64,000 bases of DNA from Paludibacter sp. (GCA_028703105.1 JAQVNN010000001.1:1711-65710), one strand, 5' to 3'. Counted from the first letter of the stretch, positions 54,731 to 64,000 are shown. Made by a program: numbers and translations. The notes: generated from the letters alone by a model not told the origin.

Positions 54731-55201
54731 TTATTTTGATTCAGAAAAAGTCATATCCAGTAAATTAAGAATTTGTTCCCGGGTAACACCTTCGCGTGGA
54801 ATGATCAGAATAGTGTCATCTCCGGCAATTGTTCCTAATATCTCCATAGATCCTTTGTTGTCAATGTCCCATGCAATGGCTGATGCATAGCCGGGTTTTG
54901 TCTTCATAACAGCCAGATTTCCTGAAAATTCAATGCTCAAAACAGCCCCATGGGAAGTTAATTGATTAAATGTCCCTTGTGGACTGATAGTCTTGGTGAT
55001 AGGAGGCAGTACATACTTGTATGTTCCATTTGTCAGAGGAGTCTTCGCGACTTTCAATAATTTCAAATCCCGCGAAAGCGTTGCTTGGGTGACGTTCAGT
55101 TTGCGTTCGGCTAATAAACTTAGCAATTCTTCCTGACTTCCTACAACTGACGACCGAAGAATTTCTGTGATGATTTGTAACCGGTTTCTTTTGTTTTTCA
55201 T
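54731..55201 (-). CDS. argR: Arginine repressor
   Basis: SQEEL, VTQATLSRDL, GTIAGDDT. Confidence 0.96.
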   Translation of the reverse strand: MKNKRNRLQIITEILRSSVVGSQEELLSLLAERKLNVTQATLSRDLKLLKVAKTPLTNGTYKYVLPPITKTISPQGTFNQLTSHGAVLSIEFSGNLAVMKTKPGYASAIAWDIDNKGSMEILGTIAGDDTILIIPREGVTREQILNLLDMTFSESK

Positions 55202-55242
55202 AATGTTTGAATTGAGTTAGCTATGTAAAACAAGGAGATAAA

Positions 55243-55318
55243 TGTATATTTATTTATTAATTTGCTGCAAAAATACCAACAATTTGCATATTGACAAAAT
55301 TATTTGAATAAATTTACA
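55243..55318. promoter_or_regulatory. Candidate ARG boxes around the divergent argR/uvrA promoters
   Basis: TGTATATTTATTTA (55243-55256) and TGAATAAATTTACA (55305-55318) resemble TGAATAwwwATTCA; argR -7 box at 55266-55275 (minus), uvrA box at 55331-55340 (plus). Confidence 0.5.
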
Positions 55319-55362
55319 TGTTTTTTTTATTATTTTTGCAGGTTCATAAAATTTCAATTTGC

Positions 55363-58158
55363 ATGTCCATACAGGGTAATATAATCGTAAAAGGAGCCAG
55401 GGTACACAACCTGAAAAATATTGATGTTGAAATTCCACGTAATAAGTTGGTAGTCATAACCGGCTTGTCGGGTTCAGGAAAGACTTCGTTGGCCTTTGAT
55501 ACGTTGTATGCCGAAGGTCAGCGTCGTTACGTGGAAAGTTTATCGGCATATGCCCGCCAGTTCCTTGGCAGGATGAGCAAGCCTGAAGTGGATTATATTA
55601 AAGGTATTCCGCCAGCTATTGCCATCGAGCAAAAGGTGAATACACGCAATCCACGTTCTACTGTCGGAACTTCTACTGAAATTTACGAGTATATCAAACT
55701 GTTGTTCGCCCGCATTGGTAAGACTTATTCGCCTGTATCCGGATTGCTCGTGAAAAAACATGAAGCAGAAGATGTGGTTGATGCAGCCATGGAATTTCCT
55801 GAAGGTACCCGCATTATGATCTTGACTGAAGTGGTGCCTTCTGGTGACAGAACGCTTCTGGATGAATTGAATGCTTTGATGATGAATGGGTTCAGCCGGG
55901 TAGAAATCAACGGGGAAACATTGATGATTCAGGAGTTAATCAGCCGAAACAATAATATTACGGATAAAATTTTCCTGATTATCGACCGTTTGTCGGTGGA
56001 CAAGTCGCAGGAAGGAATCAGCAGGTTGACTGATTCCGTAGAAACAGCATTTTACGAAGGACGAGGAGCCTGTATGTTGAAAGTGTTTTTGGAAAAAAGA
56101 GAAAAAATCCTGCGTTTTTCAACATGTTTTGAAGCAGATGGTATGACTTTCGAAACGCCTACAGTGCATACTTTCAGTTTTAATTCTCCTATCGGTGCTT
56201 GTCCGGCGTGTGAAGGATTTGGTAAAGTAATCGGGATAGATGAAGATCTGGTGGTGCCAAACAAAGAGCTTTCGATTTTTGAGGATGCTGTTGTCTGTTG
56301 GAAGGGGGAGGTGATGAGCGAATGGAAAAAAGCCCTCATCCAGATAGCAGATAAATCCGGATTTCCGATTCATAAGCCTTACTATGAACTGACAGATGAA
56401 CAACGGGAAGTGTTGTGGAAAGGAAATCAGTATTTTGAAGGATTAGATGCATTCTTCAACATGTTGCAGGCCAATCAGTATAAAATTCAGTACAGGGTTA
56501 TGCTTGCCCGCTACAGGGGGAAAACAGTTTGTCCCGAATGCAAGGGGAGCCGCCTGAAAAAGGAAGCTTCCTATGTACGGATTTCAGGAAAATCCATCAG
56601 CGAATTGGTGCTGTTGCCGGTGGTACGATTGAAAGAGTTTTTCGACAATATAATTCTCGACAAGCATGATGCTGCTATAGCCCGGAGATTGTTGATGGAA
56701 ATAAACAACCGTCTTCAGTTTTTATTCGATGTGGGGCTGGGATATCTTACCCTGAATCGTTTATCAAACAGCCTTTCAGGTGGCGAAAGTCAACGTATCA
56801 ACCTGGCAACATCGCTCGGAAGTAGTTTGGTTGGGTCGCTTTATATCCTCGACGAACCTAGCATCGGGTTACATCCTCGTGATACAAAACAGCTCATAAA
56901 GGTGCTGTTGCAGTTGAGGGACCAGGGTAATACTGTTGTGGTAGTAGAACATGATGAAGAAATCATGCGGGCGGCCGATTATATCATTGATATTGGTCCG
57001 AACGCAGGCAGGAAGGGCGGAGAGGTGGTATATCAGGGAAAACCTCCAAGCCCCCAAAATCCGCCGAAGGAGGACTTACCTGGGTACACCATGCAATATC
57101 TGCTTGGAAAAGAGATAATTGACGTGCCCAAACTCCGGAGAAAATGGAATAATTTTATAGAAGTGTTGGGTGCAAGGGAAAACAACCTGAAAGGAGTGAA
57201 CGTGAAGTTTCCATTGAACGTGATGACTGTTGTGACTGGTGTCAGCGGTTCCGGAAAATCTTCCCTGGTGAAAAGCGTTTTTTATACGGCACTGAAAAAA
57301 TATTATGGTGGAGTAGCTGATCGTACAGGTCAGTTTGGGGCGCTGAAAGGCTCCATGCACATGGTCAAAGACATCGAGTTTGTCGATCAAAATCCAATCG
57401 GACGTTCATCGCGTTCAAACCCCGTAACTTATATTAAAGCGTATGACGAAATACGTAAACTTTTTGCCGACCAGCAATTGTCGAAACAAATGGGTTACGC
57501 GGCGTCTCATTTTTCGTTTAACACACCTGGCGGAAGGTGCGAGGAATGCCAGGGCGAAGGAACTGTAACAGTGGAAATGCAGTTCATGGCCGACCTGGTG
57601 CTGGAATGCGATCACTGTCACGGTAAACGTTTCAAACAGGATGTGTTGGAAGTACAGTACCATGGAGTCAGCATCTACGATGTGCTTGAGATGACAGTTA
57701 ATCAGGCTATTGAATTTTTCTCCGGACATGCCGGAAGTACCGAAAAGAAAATCGTGAAGCGACTGAAACCCTTGCAGGATGTGGGTATTGGCTATGTCAA
57801 ACTGGGACAATCATCCAGCACCCTGTCGGGAGGTGAAAGTCAGCGTGTGAAACTCGCTTCGTTTTTGGCAAACGAGAAACCTGAGCCCACTATTTTTGTT
57901 TTTGATGAGCCAACCACCGGACTTCATTTTCACGACATCAAGACCCTGCTCAAAGCTTTTGATGCCTTGATAGCCAGGGGACATACCATCATCATTATCG
58001 AGCACAATCCCGAAGTCATCAAGTGTGCTGACCACATCATCGACATCGGTCCCGAAGGAGGCGACAATGGAGGTAACATCGTGTTTGAAGGAACACCGGA
58101 AGATATTGTTCATTGCGAAGCATCTTACACCGGCCGGTTTCTGAAAGAGAAAGTTTAA
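55363..58158 (+). CDS. uvrA: Excinuclease ABC subunit A
   Basis: GLSGSGKT and GVSGSGKS Walker A, two LSGGE signatures, zinc fingers; start moved to MSIQG at 55363. Confidence 0.97.
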   Translation: MSIQGNIIVKGARVHNLKNIDVEIPRNKLVVITGLSGSGKTSLAFDTLYAEGQRRYVESLSAYARQFLGRMSKPEVDYIKGIPPAIAIEQKVNTRNPRSTVGTSTEIYEYIKLLFARIGKTYSPVSGLLVKKHEAEDVVDAAMEFPEGTRIMILTEVVPSGDRTLLDELNALMMNGFSRVEINGETLMIQELISRNNNITDKIFLIIDRLSVDKSQEGISRLTDSVETAFYEGRGACMLKVFLEKREKILRFSTCFEADGMTFETPTVHTFSFNSPIGACPACEGFGKVIGIDEDLVVPNKELSIFEDAVVCWKGEVMSEWKKALIQIADKSGFPIHKPYYELTDEQREVLWKGNQYFEGLDAFFNMLQANQYKIQYRVMLARYRGKTVCPECKGSRLKKEASYVRISGKSISELVLLPVVRLKEFFDNIILDKHDAAIARRLLMEINNRLQFLFDVGLGYLTLNRLSNSLSGGESQRINLATSLGSSLVGSLYILDEPSIGLHPRDTKQLIKVLLQLRDQGNTVVVVEHDEEIMRAADYIIDIGPNAGRKGGEVVYQGKPPSPQNPPKEDLPGYTMQYLLGKEIIDVPKLRRKWNNFIEVLGARENNLKGVNVKFPLNVMTVVTGVSGSGKSSLVKSVFYTALKKYYGGVADRTGQFGALKGSMHMVKDIEFVDQNPIGRSSRSNPVTYIKAYDEIRKLFADQQLSKQMGYAASHFSFNTPGGRCEECQGEGTVTVEMQFMADLVLECDHCHGKRFKQDVLEVQYHGVSIYDVLEMTVNQAIEFFSGHAGSTEKKIVKRLKPLQDVGIGYVKLGQSSSTLSGGESQRVKLASFLANEKPEPTIFVFDEPTTGLHFHDIKTLLKAFDALIARGHTIIIIEHNPEVIKCADHIIDIGPEGGDNGGNIVFEGTPEDIVHCEASYTGRFLKEKV
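57051..57077 (+). repeat. Degenerate REP-like palindrome inside uvrA
   Basis: CCCCCAAAATCCGCCGAAGGAGGACTT, encoding part of the Pro-rich loop [13 protein letters not shown]. Confidence 0.45.
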
Positions 58159-58167
58159 TTTTTTTAG

Positions 58168-58650
58168 TTAATTCAGCTTTACATCTATTGCCTTTGTAAG
58201 TTCCTGGAATACCTCGTGTGGATTGGCATCAGCAAAAATGACGGATAAAATACCCTGTGTACAAATGTCTGTAAACCGGATCGATTGATCGAGGTTTTCA
58301 AGAAAAATACGTTCAAAACTGCTGTTTTTTTCCTCGTACATATAACTGATGCGGAAACGCAGGGAGCCATCTTTCATATTTAGTTCCCAACATCCGGATG
58401 CCAGGTTGTTATTGAATAATGCTGTAAACACAGCCATCTCGGTTCTTTTGTTTACAGGGACTTTCACTGGGAAAATAGCATAAATAAACATCAGTTTGTT
58501 GCCGGCATGATGCTTCTCGATGATATAATCAGTATTACAGGCTTTCAATTCGAACTTCAGCAGATAGCATGTTTTATCAGGACTGCCGGGGAGACAGTGG
58601 TAAATGAACTTGTTTTTTTTGAAAATCATAGTTAAGGCATCGGTGTTCAT
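58168..58650 (-). CDS. YbjN-like (T3SS-chaperone fold) protein
   Basis: FTALFNNNLASGCWELNMKDGSLRFR pattern typical of YbjN domains; start set at MNTDAL. Confidence 0.62.
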   Translation of the reverse strand: MNTDALTMIFKKNKFIYHCLPGSPDKTCYLLKFELKACNTDYIIEKHHAGNKLMFIYAIFPVKVPVNKRTEMAVFTALFNNNLASGCWELNMKDGSLRFRISYMYEEKNSSFERIFLENLDQSIRFTDICTQGILSVIFADANPHEVFQELTKAIDVKLN

Positions 58651-58739
58651 GTTGTAAGTGTTTAGAAGTTGATAAAAGGTAAAACAAACGGTTTTAAAAA
58701 TATGAATTAATAGGTTTTTTCTATTATTATGAATCATTG

Positions 58740-58923
58740 TTGTCCGGTAAACATTTTATAACATAGATTTCTCCCTTCGGTCGAAATGACAATCAAGACT
58801 TTATCTTTTAGGGAGGGGTTAGCTGGCAGCTTAGCCGCCAGCTAACCCCTCCCTTGCATAAATCAATATAAAGAACTGTCATTCTAAGCATAGCGAAGAA
58901 TCTAATATATTTTTACCGGACAA
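58740..58923. mobile_element. 184-bp nested-palindrome element (MITE/REPIN-like)
   Basis: 12-bp terminal IR TTGTCCGGTAAA/TTTACCGGACAA, diverged 27-bp inner IR, 18-bp perfect central stem. Confidence 0.7.
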
Positions 58924-59079
58924 TAGTGAATCACAAATAAATAAATTTTTTCATTTCCCGGTGTAAACTAACACGTAAATTTGTCATATGGTAGTTGTTG
59001 TTGCCGTTGCCTCTTTTCTTTGCTTTGTTACGATGAGGTAATCAAAATGTAACACAAGTTCTCGTTATCGAACCGGTTT

Positions 59080-59259
59080 TTATGGATTGTTGCTAAAATG
59101 TTTCTTGAAAGTTTCTCTTACTTTATCAGCCTTGGGCCCCGTATATCCTTTGAATAAAGCGCGGGAAACTGTTTTTCGGCTACAGTTGCATAGTTTAGCC
59201 AGCTCTGTAATGTACCCATGTCGGGGAGGGCTACTTAGTTTGTCAGCGTCCTTTTTCAT
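59080..59259 (-). CDS. Cro-like small HTH protein, 59 aa (missed by ORF track)
   Basis: MKKDADKLSSPPRHGYITELAKLCNCSRKTVSRALFKGYTGPKADKVRETFKKHFSNNP*; divergent from a repressor gene. Confidence 0.75.
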   Translation of the reverse strand: MKKDADKLSSPPRHGYITELAKLCNCSRKTVSRALFKGYTGPKADKVRETFKKHFSNNP

Positions 59260-59318
59260 TTTTTACATTGGTTAAGATGTTTGTCAGATAAATAGTCAGC
59301 GCATTGAAATATTTTTTA

Positions 59319-59376
59319 TACATTTGCGGACAATGTCCCATAAGCGACATTGTCAATATTTCTTTATGCAAATATA
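59319..59376. promoter_or_regulatory. Face-to-face promoters and palindromic operator of the cI/cro-like switch
   Basis: TACATTTG (+, 59319-59326); GACAATGTC-N8-GACATTGTC (59329-59354); TATATTTG (-, 59369-59376). Confidence 0.7.
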
Positions 59377-59437
59377 GTAGCATATATTCTATTATGCAAT
59401 ATTTTTTAGTGTTTTTTATCAATTTTTTTTATTAACT

Positions 59438-59863
59438 ATGTCAAACTTCGCCTCGATCAGAGAAAGAATAGCTGAGTATCTTCTTTTCAAGGGCATTTCA
59501 AGATACCGTTTTTATAAGGATACGGGTTTGTCTAATGGCTTTTTGGATAAAGCGGGTTCGATAAATAGCGATAACTGCGAGAAAATATGCTATTGCTATC
59601 CTGAAATTAACCCGGAATGGTTGCTGACCGGAAAGGGTGAAATGCTGAAAAGCGGTGAGTTGGCGGAAACTGAAAAGTCCGATAAACAAGCTTCTATCGA
59701 AGTGCTCGTTCAAAAAATTGTGGAGCTTTCATCGGAAAATACTATGCTGAAAAAAGAAAATGAAACACTGAGAAGCATCACCGGCAATACAAATAAGGTT
59801 ATTCATAACCCAATCGATGAAGATGATGCGGTGGATGGAATTGCTGCGGAACCTTCGGTGTAA
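59438..59863 (+). CDS. Phage CI-like (XRE) repressor lacking the S24 peptidase domain
   Basis: N-terminal HTH ending NPEWLLTGKGEML, then coiled coil; 141 aa. Confidence 0.8.
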   Translation: MSNFASIRERIAEYLLFKGISRYRFYKDTGLSNGFLDKAGSINSDNCEKICYCYPEINPEWLLTGKGEMLKSGELAETEKSDKQASIEVLVQKIVELSSENTMLKKENETLRSITGNTNKVIHNPIDEDDAVDGIAAEPSV

Positions 59864-59921
59864 TTAAAAAAATAATATTATCTTTGCGGCCGATTCCGCA
59901 GGCCGACATGCAACAAGCGGA

Positions 59922-59953
59922 ACGTGTGCTTGATTAACCACGTAAAAAACAAG
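59922..59953 (+). ncRNA. preQ1 class I riboswitch (type II-like)
   Basis: P1 ACGTG/CACGT, 12-nt loop TGCTTGATTAAC, tail AAAAAACAAG whose CAAG pairs with loop CTTG (H-type pseudoknot); 5 nt before the transporter ATG; TATCTTTG box at 59879-59886. Confidence 0.9.
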
Positions 59954-59958
59954 AAAAA

Positions 59959-60639
59959 ATGAAAAAACAAGTTTCTCTCACCTACATGGTGGCCGGGCTG
60001 CTGTTCACAGTATGTCTGATCGTCGCCAACATTACCGCTCAAAAAACGATTACCATTTTCGGACTTAGTGCTACCGCTGCGATTTTGGTTTTCCCGGTTT
60101 CGTACATTGTCAACGACCTGATTGCTGAGGTCTGGGGCTACAAAAAAGCGAGATTCATCATCTGGATAGGTTTTTTGCTGAATTTTTTAGTGGTAATTAT
60201 TTTCCGGTTGAGTATCCTGATTCCGGAAAATGCATTTTTCCCGCACCAGGGAGCTTTCGCGCAGATACTCGGCTCTACCTTCCGCCTGACGGTAGCCAGT
60301 TTTGCCGCTTTCTTGCTGGGTTCTTTTGTGAATGCCTACGTGATGAGCAAAATGAAAATTTTGCAGAAAGGCAAAAGGTTCTCCATCCGGGCAGTGGTCT
60401 CTACTTTTGCCGGCGAAGGCATGGATTCACTCGTTTTCTTCTTTATCGCATTTGTTGGTATTATGCCGTTGAAGAACGTATTCGAACTGACACTGCACAT
60501 CGCGTTGCTCAAAACAGTGTATGAAGTTTTGGTGCTTCCTCTGACCATTTACCTGGTGAAAAGGATTAAGAAAGTTGAAGGAGTCGATGTGTATGATCAG
60601 GATGTGAATTACAATCCATTCAAAATCAATGAATTTTAA
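59959..60639 (+). CDS. yhhQ: Queuosine precursor transporter (YhhQ/Vut_1)
   Basis: ANITAQK, FPVSYIVNDLIAEVWG, STFAGEGMDS; preQ1 riboswitch upstream. Confidence 0.92.
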   Translation: MKKQVSLTYMVAGLLFTVCLIVANITAQKTITIFGLSATAAILVFPVSYIVNDLIAEVWGYKKARFIIWIGFLLNFLVVIIFRLSILIPENAFFPHQGAFAQILGSTFRLTVASFAAFLLGSFVNAYVMSKMKILQKGKRFSIRAVVSTFAGEGMDSLVFFFIAFVGIMPLKNVFELTLHIALLKTVYEVLVLPLTIYLVKRIKKVEGVDVYDQDVNYNPFKINEF

Positions 60640-60665
60640 ATGATGGGCACGCAATTAAAGCTTGA

Positions 60666-61625
60666 TTAGAATCTTGCTTTTCCCAACCGCAACTTCAATA
60701 TCAGGATATTTCCGGCAATTACCGGAATAATTACATTGATGAACCACAACCCAACGCCGGCCAACAGAATGCCGGGAGTATTGGGTGCAAATTGTCCTAT
60801 GACAAAAATTGCCCATGAACCACGTATCAGGGCTTCGGAAAAAGCAAAAGAGGGTGTAAATGTTACCAACAGATAGGTGACGGGAATACTTGTGATTGCC
60901 TGTGTGATAGTCAGGTCAACCCCGAAAAACTGTAACATCAGAAAAAGTTGTAAGCTAAACACCAAAAAACGCAGCAACGACCATCCTGTTATCACAACCA
61001 GATCCCTCAATGTGTAGTTTGTTAAACTGCTGAAATAGGCCTGGAACTTAGGATTTTTGAACCTTCTGGCAATCACTGGTAATGCAAACAACATAACGGA
61101 AAAAAGTAGCAGTATGATGACTAAAAAAAAGATGTATGTTCCCGGCTGAATTGTTGACTGTTGATGTTGTATGAAAAACAAGATGGCAAGTGGAATTCCG
61201 GGCAACAGAATGGCGAGGTTTTGTGTCAGACTGTTGACGGCTGCCAGGCTGACTGCGCTTTCTCGGTTCTCCGCTTGCAGGAAATGCATCCGCCCGACGA
61301 TGTCTCCAAGTCGGTTCGGGGTAACAAAGCCGGATGATATCCCGGAAAGGATGGCTTTACATGCGGTGTTTAAGTTTTGTTTTTCCTTATAACAACAAAC
61401 CTTTTTCCATTTTAATGCTTCTACTAACCAGTTGACAGGAAGCAGCATCAATACTGCTATCAACCACAGTAAATTATACCCACTGCTTTTTTTAAAAGCA
61501 GTCAACAAATCATCATATCCATCAAACCTGGTAATTTCATACACTAAATAAACAACTGATGTTACCAGGAGTATTGTGGATACATACCGAAAGAACCTGT
61601 TGTTTTTTAGAGAGATCGAATGCAT
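60666..61625 (-). CDS. UPF0104 / lysylphosphatidylglycerol-synthase TM (flippase-like) protein
   Basis: NWLVEALKW, TPNRLGDIVGR, multiple TM helices. Confidence 0.78.
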   Translation of the reverse strand: MHSISLKNNRFFRYVSTILLVTSVVYLVYEITRFDGYDDLLTAFKKSSGYNLLWLIAVLMLLPVNWLVEALKWKKVCCYKEKQNLNTACKAILSGISSGFVTPNRLGDIVGRMHFLQAENRESAVSLAAVNSLTQNLAILLPGIPLAILFFIQHQQSTIQPGTYIFFLVIILLLFSVMLFALPVIARRFKNPKFQAYFSSLTNYTLRDLVVITGWSLLRFLVFSLQLFLMLQFFGVDLTITQAITSIPVTYLLVTFTPSFAFSEALIRGSWAIFVIGQFAPNTPGILLAGVGLWFINVIIPVIAGNILILKLRLGKARF

Positions 61626-61693
61626 GTACAGGCATATTAGTGTTTAACTACAACTTTATAGAAAATATTTGACAAGATTGATTAGATTACTAA

Positions 61694-62179
61694 CTACCTG
61701 AACGTATATTTTTTTTGCGAAATATAACTTACTCCTGTAGCCAGGATCGTAATAACCATTTTTGAGGGAGTCGGGAACCATCCGAAAACATCAACCAGCA
61801 GTTTCAGTCCTAAATAGTTTATCGTTAAATTTGCAATGACGACAATACCGTAACGGAAGAGTTGAACTTTGCCGCGTAGGTCGGAGTTGTTGAACGTGAC
61901 GTATTTCTGCAACAGGAAGCCTGTCATGAAACTGATGGGGAATGAAAAAGCGAGCGCAGCGATATGGGAACTCAGCGTGACAAAGCCCAAATGCAACATT
62001 TGTTGATGCAGGATGAAGTGAAAAATACAGAAGTACAATACCCAGTCAAACACTAAGTTGGCTGCACCGGTTGCACCGTACCGGAAAAATTCGACCGACA
62101 TGTATTTCCGGAAAGGAGGATAGAAAAAATCGATGATTCGACGGATGTTGCTACCGGTTGCTTTAAGAAATTTGCGCAT
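61694..62179 (-). CDS. GtrA family protein
   Basis: FFRYGATG, QLFRY, SQKKYTF; four TM helices. Confidence 0.85.
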   Translation of the reverse strand: MRKFLKATGSNIRRIIDFFYPPFRKYMSVEFFRYGATGAANLVFDWVLYFCIFHFILHQQMLHLGFVTLSSHIAALAFSFPISFMTGFLLQKYVTFNNSDLRGKVQLFRYGIVVIANLTINYLGLKLLVDVFGWFPTPSKMVITILATGVSYISQKKYTFR

Positions 62180-62295
62180 TTTGTTGGTACTTGTAACAAA
62201 TTTGTTTACTTTTGTGCTGCGTTAAAATAACGTGCAAAGATACGATTAATTATTCACTATTTCCAAATCAGCTATGCCCGACGACTATCACCAGC

Positions 62296-63075
62296 ATGAC
62301 ACAAGTAAGAGCAAAGAAATACTTGGGACAGCACTTCCTGAAGGATTTGGAAGTAGCTCGTCGCATTGCTGAAAGCCTGGAGCTTCCGGTACCAACTTCT
62401 GTTCTTGAAATCGGACCGGGTACTGGTGTCCTCACTCAATTTTTGTTGCAGCATCCCAAAGTTGATTTAACTGCTGTTGAAGTGGACCGTGAATCGGTGG
62501 TTTATCTGCACACGCATTTCCCTCAACTGAAAGTCATTGAAGGGGATTTTCTGAAAATCGATTTGAAAGCATTATTCCCGGATAAATTCCATATCATCGG
62601 GAATTTACCGTATAATATTTCCAGCCAGATTTTCTTTAAAGTGTTGGACAACCGCGACCGTATTCCCTCGCTGGTATGTATGATTCAGAAAGAGGTAGCG
62701 GAACGAATGGCGGCTGTACACGGTAACAAAACGTACGGTATTTTGTCTGTGCTCATGCAGGCGTTTTACTCTATCGACTACCTATTTACTGTTCATGAAC
62801 ACGTGTTTGACCCTCCGCCTAAGGTCAAATCGGCTGTTATTCGCCTGACCCGCAATGAAGTCAACGAGCTCGGTTGTAACGAGCAGCTCTTCAAAACGGT
62901 GGTGAAAACAGCCTTTAATCAGCGCCGCAAAACGATGCGCAATTCGCTCAAACCACTCGTGGAGAAAGATCATCCGATGTATGCCGACTCGCTTTTTGAT
63001 AAAAGGCCGGAACAACTTGATGTGGCTGCCTTCATCGACCTGACTAACCGGGTGGAAAGAGCAATGAGAAATTAA
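62296..63075 (+). CDS. rsmA: 16S rRNA m6,2A dimethyltransferase
   Basis: KKYLGQHFL, EIGPGTG, GNLPYNIS, PPPKVKSAV; start moved to ATG 62296. Confidence 0.96.
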   Translation: MTQVRAKKYLGQHFLKDLEVARRIAESLELPVPTSVLEIGPGTGVLTQFLLQHPKVDLTAVEVDRESVVYLHTHFPQLKVIEGDFLKIDLKALFPDKFHIIGNLPYNISSQIFFKVLDNRDRIPSLVCMIQKEVAERMAAVHGNKTYGILSVLMQAFYSIDYLFTVHEHVFDPPPKVKSAVIRLTRNEVNELGCNEQLFKTVVKTAFNQRRKTMRNSLKPLVEKDHPMYADSLFDKRPEQLDVAAFIDLTNRVERAMRN

Positions 63076-63168
63076 AAAAATATTTCTAAACATGCAGAAG
63101 ATACTTCTGCAAATCTCCCTGAAACCGTGATGGAGACTGGTAGATTAAAAAATGAAAGGAGTATAATC

Positions 63169-64000
63169 ATGGCAGAACTCAGATTATTTTACCAGGAAGA
63201 AGGTAAACTCAAAATATCAAAATCAATTGATGTCCTAAAGAAAGTGAATCTGAAAGATATGATCTGGATTGATCTAATCGATGTTTCGGATGCTATTGAA
63301 ACAGAGCTGGAGCAGTTCCTCAAAATCTATATCCAGGAGGATGAAGAAATAGAAGAAATCGAGATGAGTTCGCGGTATATCCAGACCGAGGACAGTATTG
63401 TGGCCAATTCGAATTTCCTGCAGGATAATTTCCAGATGCAGCCGGTTTCCTTTATTCTGAAAAATGGGATTCTTGTCTCGGTGCGGGATACAGAACTGAA
63501 ATCGTTCAACGATACGGTGAAAAAGATTTATGCAGATTCCAAGAATTTCACGACTGGCTATCATGTGCTCGTAGCCTTACTCGAAACCAGGGTAGAATAT
63601 GACGCGGATATGATCGAATACATCACCGACCAGATTACAAATTTAAGTAGAACCCTGAATACCGAAGACGATTTGAGTCAGGATATTCTGATGAGTATCA
63701 AGGACCATCAGGAAAAAGTGATGATCATCCGGCAGAATATTATCGACAAACAACGGGTGGTGTCAAACATGCTGAAATCGAACCTCTTCCCGCAGGAATT
63801 GCTGCCGAGGCTGACTATGGTTATCAAGGATATCAACTCGTTGTTCGAATATACCCGTTTTGGTTTCGACCGGCTTGATTACCTCCAGGATACTTTTCTT
63901 GGGTTGGTTAATATTCAGCAGAATAAGATCACCAAGATATTTACCGTGGTATCGGTCATCTTCATGCCCCCGACATTGGTGGCCAGTATATATGGTATGA
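63169..64000 (+). CDS. corA: CorA Mg2+/Co2+ transporter, 3' end runs off the window
   Basis: Translated by hand: MAELRLFYQEEG..WIDL..EEIEMSSRY..KIFTVVSVIFMPPTLVASIYGM (start of GMN motif); absent from the ORF track. Confidence 0.92.
   Translation, partial: MAELRLFYQEEGKLKISKSIDVLKKVNLKDMIWIDLIDVSDAIETELEQFLKIYIQEDEEIEEIEMSSRYIQTEDSIVANSNFLQDNFQMQPVSFILKNGILVSVRDTELKSFNDTVKKIYADSKNFTTGYHVLVALLETRVEYDADMIEYITDQITNLSRTLNTEDDLSQDILMSIKDHQEKVMIIRQNIIDKQRVVSNMLKSNLFPQELLPRLTMVIKDINSLFEYTRFGFDRLDYLQDTFLGLVNIQQNKITKIFTVVSVIFMPPTLVASIYGM

Noticed and set aside
58168-59863. Intact prophage or ICE at the cI/cro locus
   Set aside because: No integrase, att-like direct repeats, tRNA target, replication or structural genes in the window
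62207-62242. Face-to-face -7 boxes between gtrA and rsmA as another switch
   Set aside because: No operator repeat or regulator genes; shows that convergent promoter geometry alone is not special in this genome

Overview
Chromosomal window from a Bacteroidales bacterium (Paludibacter/Microbacter-like is my inference). Evidence: SusC/SusD pair, TAnnTTTG -7 promoter boxes and near-absence of Shine-Dalgarno sites. Housekeeping genes (dnaE, trxA, dnaQ-like, dnaN, oadGAB, argC, trmD, pnp, dacB, galMK, efp, argG/argR, uvrA, rsmA, corA) are interspersed with accessory blocks. (1) An ArsR-regulated organoarsenical/redox cluster (arsR, small thioredoxin, arsF, arsG, arsP) with three copies of a candidate operator and two separate arsC remnants bracketing oadGAB. 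(2) A SusC/D polysaccharide utilization locus with a TPR-HTH regulator, a GH2 beta-galactosidase, a YgjK-like GH63 and a split LysO-family amino-acid exporter inside it. My main hypothesis is that it degrades collagen-type Glc-a1,2-Gal-hydroxylysine. (3) A 12-gene Orp/NifX-MinD-ferredoxin-Mrp-radical SAM-DUF134 metal-cluster operon of unknown function. (4) An orphan cI/cro-like switch with face-to-face promoters and a palindromic operator. (5) A preQ1-I riboswitch before a queuosine-precursor transporter. Several families of short palindromic REP/MITE-like elements are present, one apparently inside the uvrA reading frame. I found no rRNA, tRNA, CRISPR array, transposase or integrase. All family calls come from motif recognition by eye; no database search was run.
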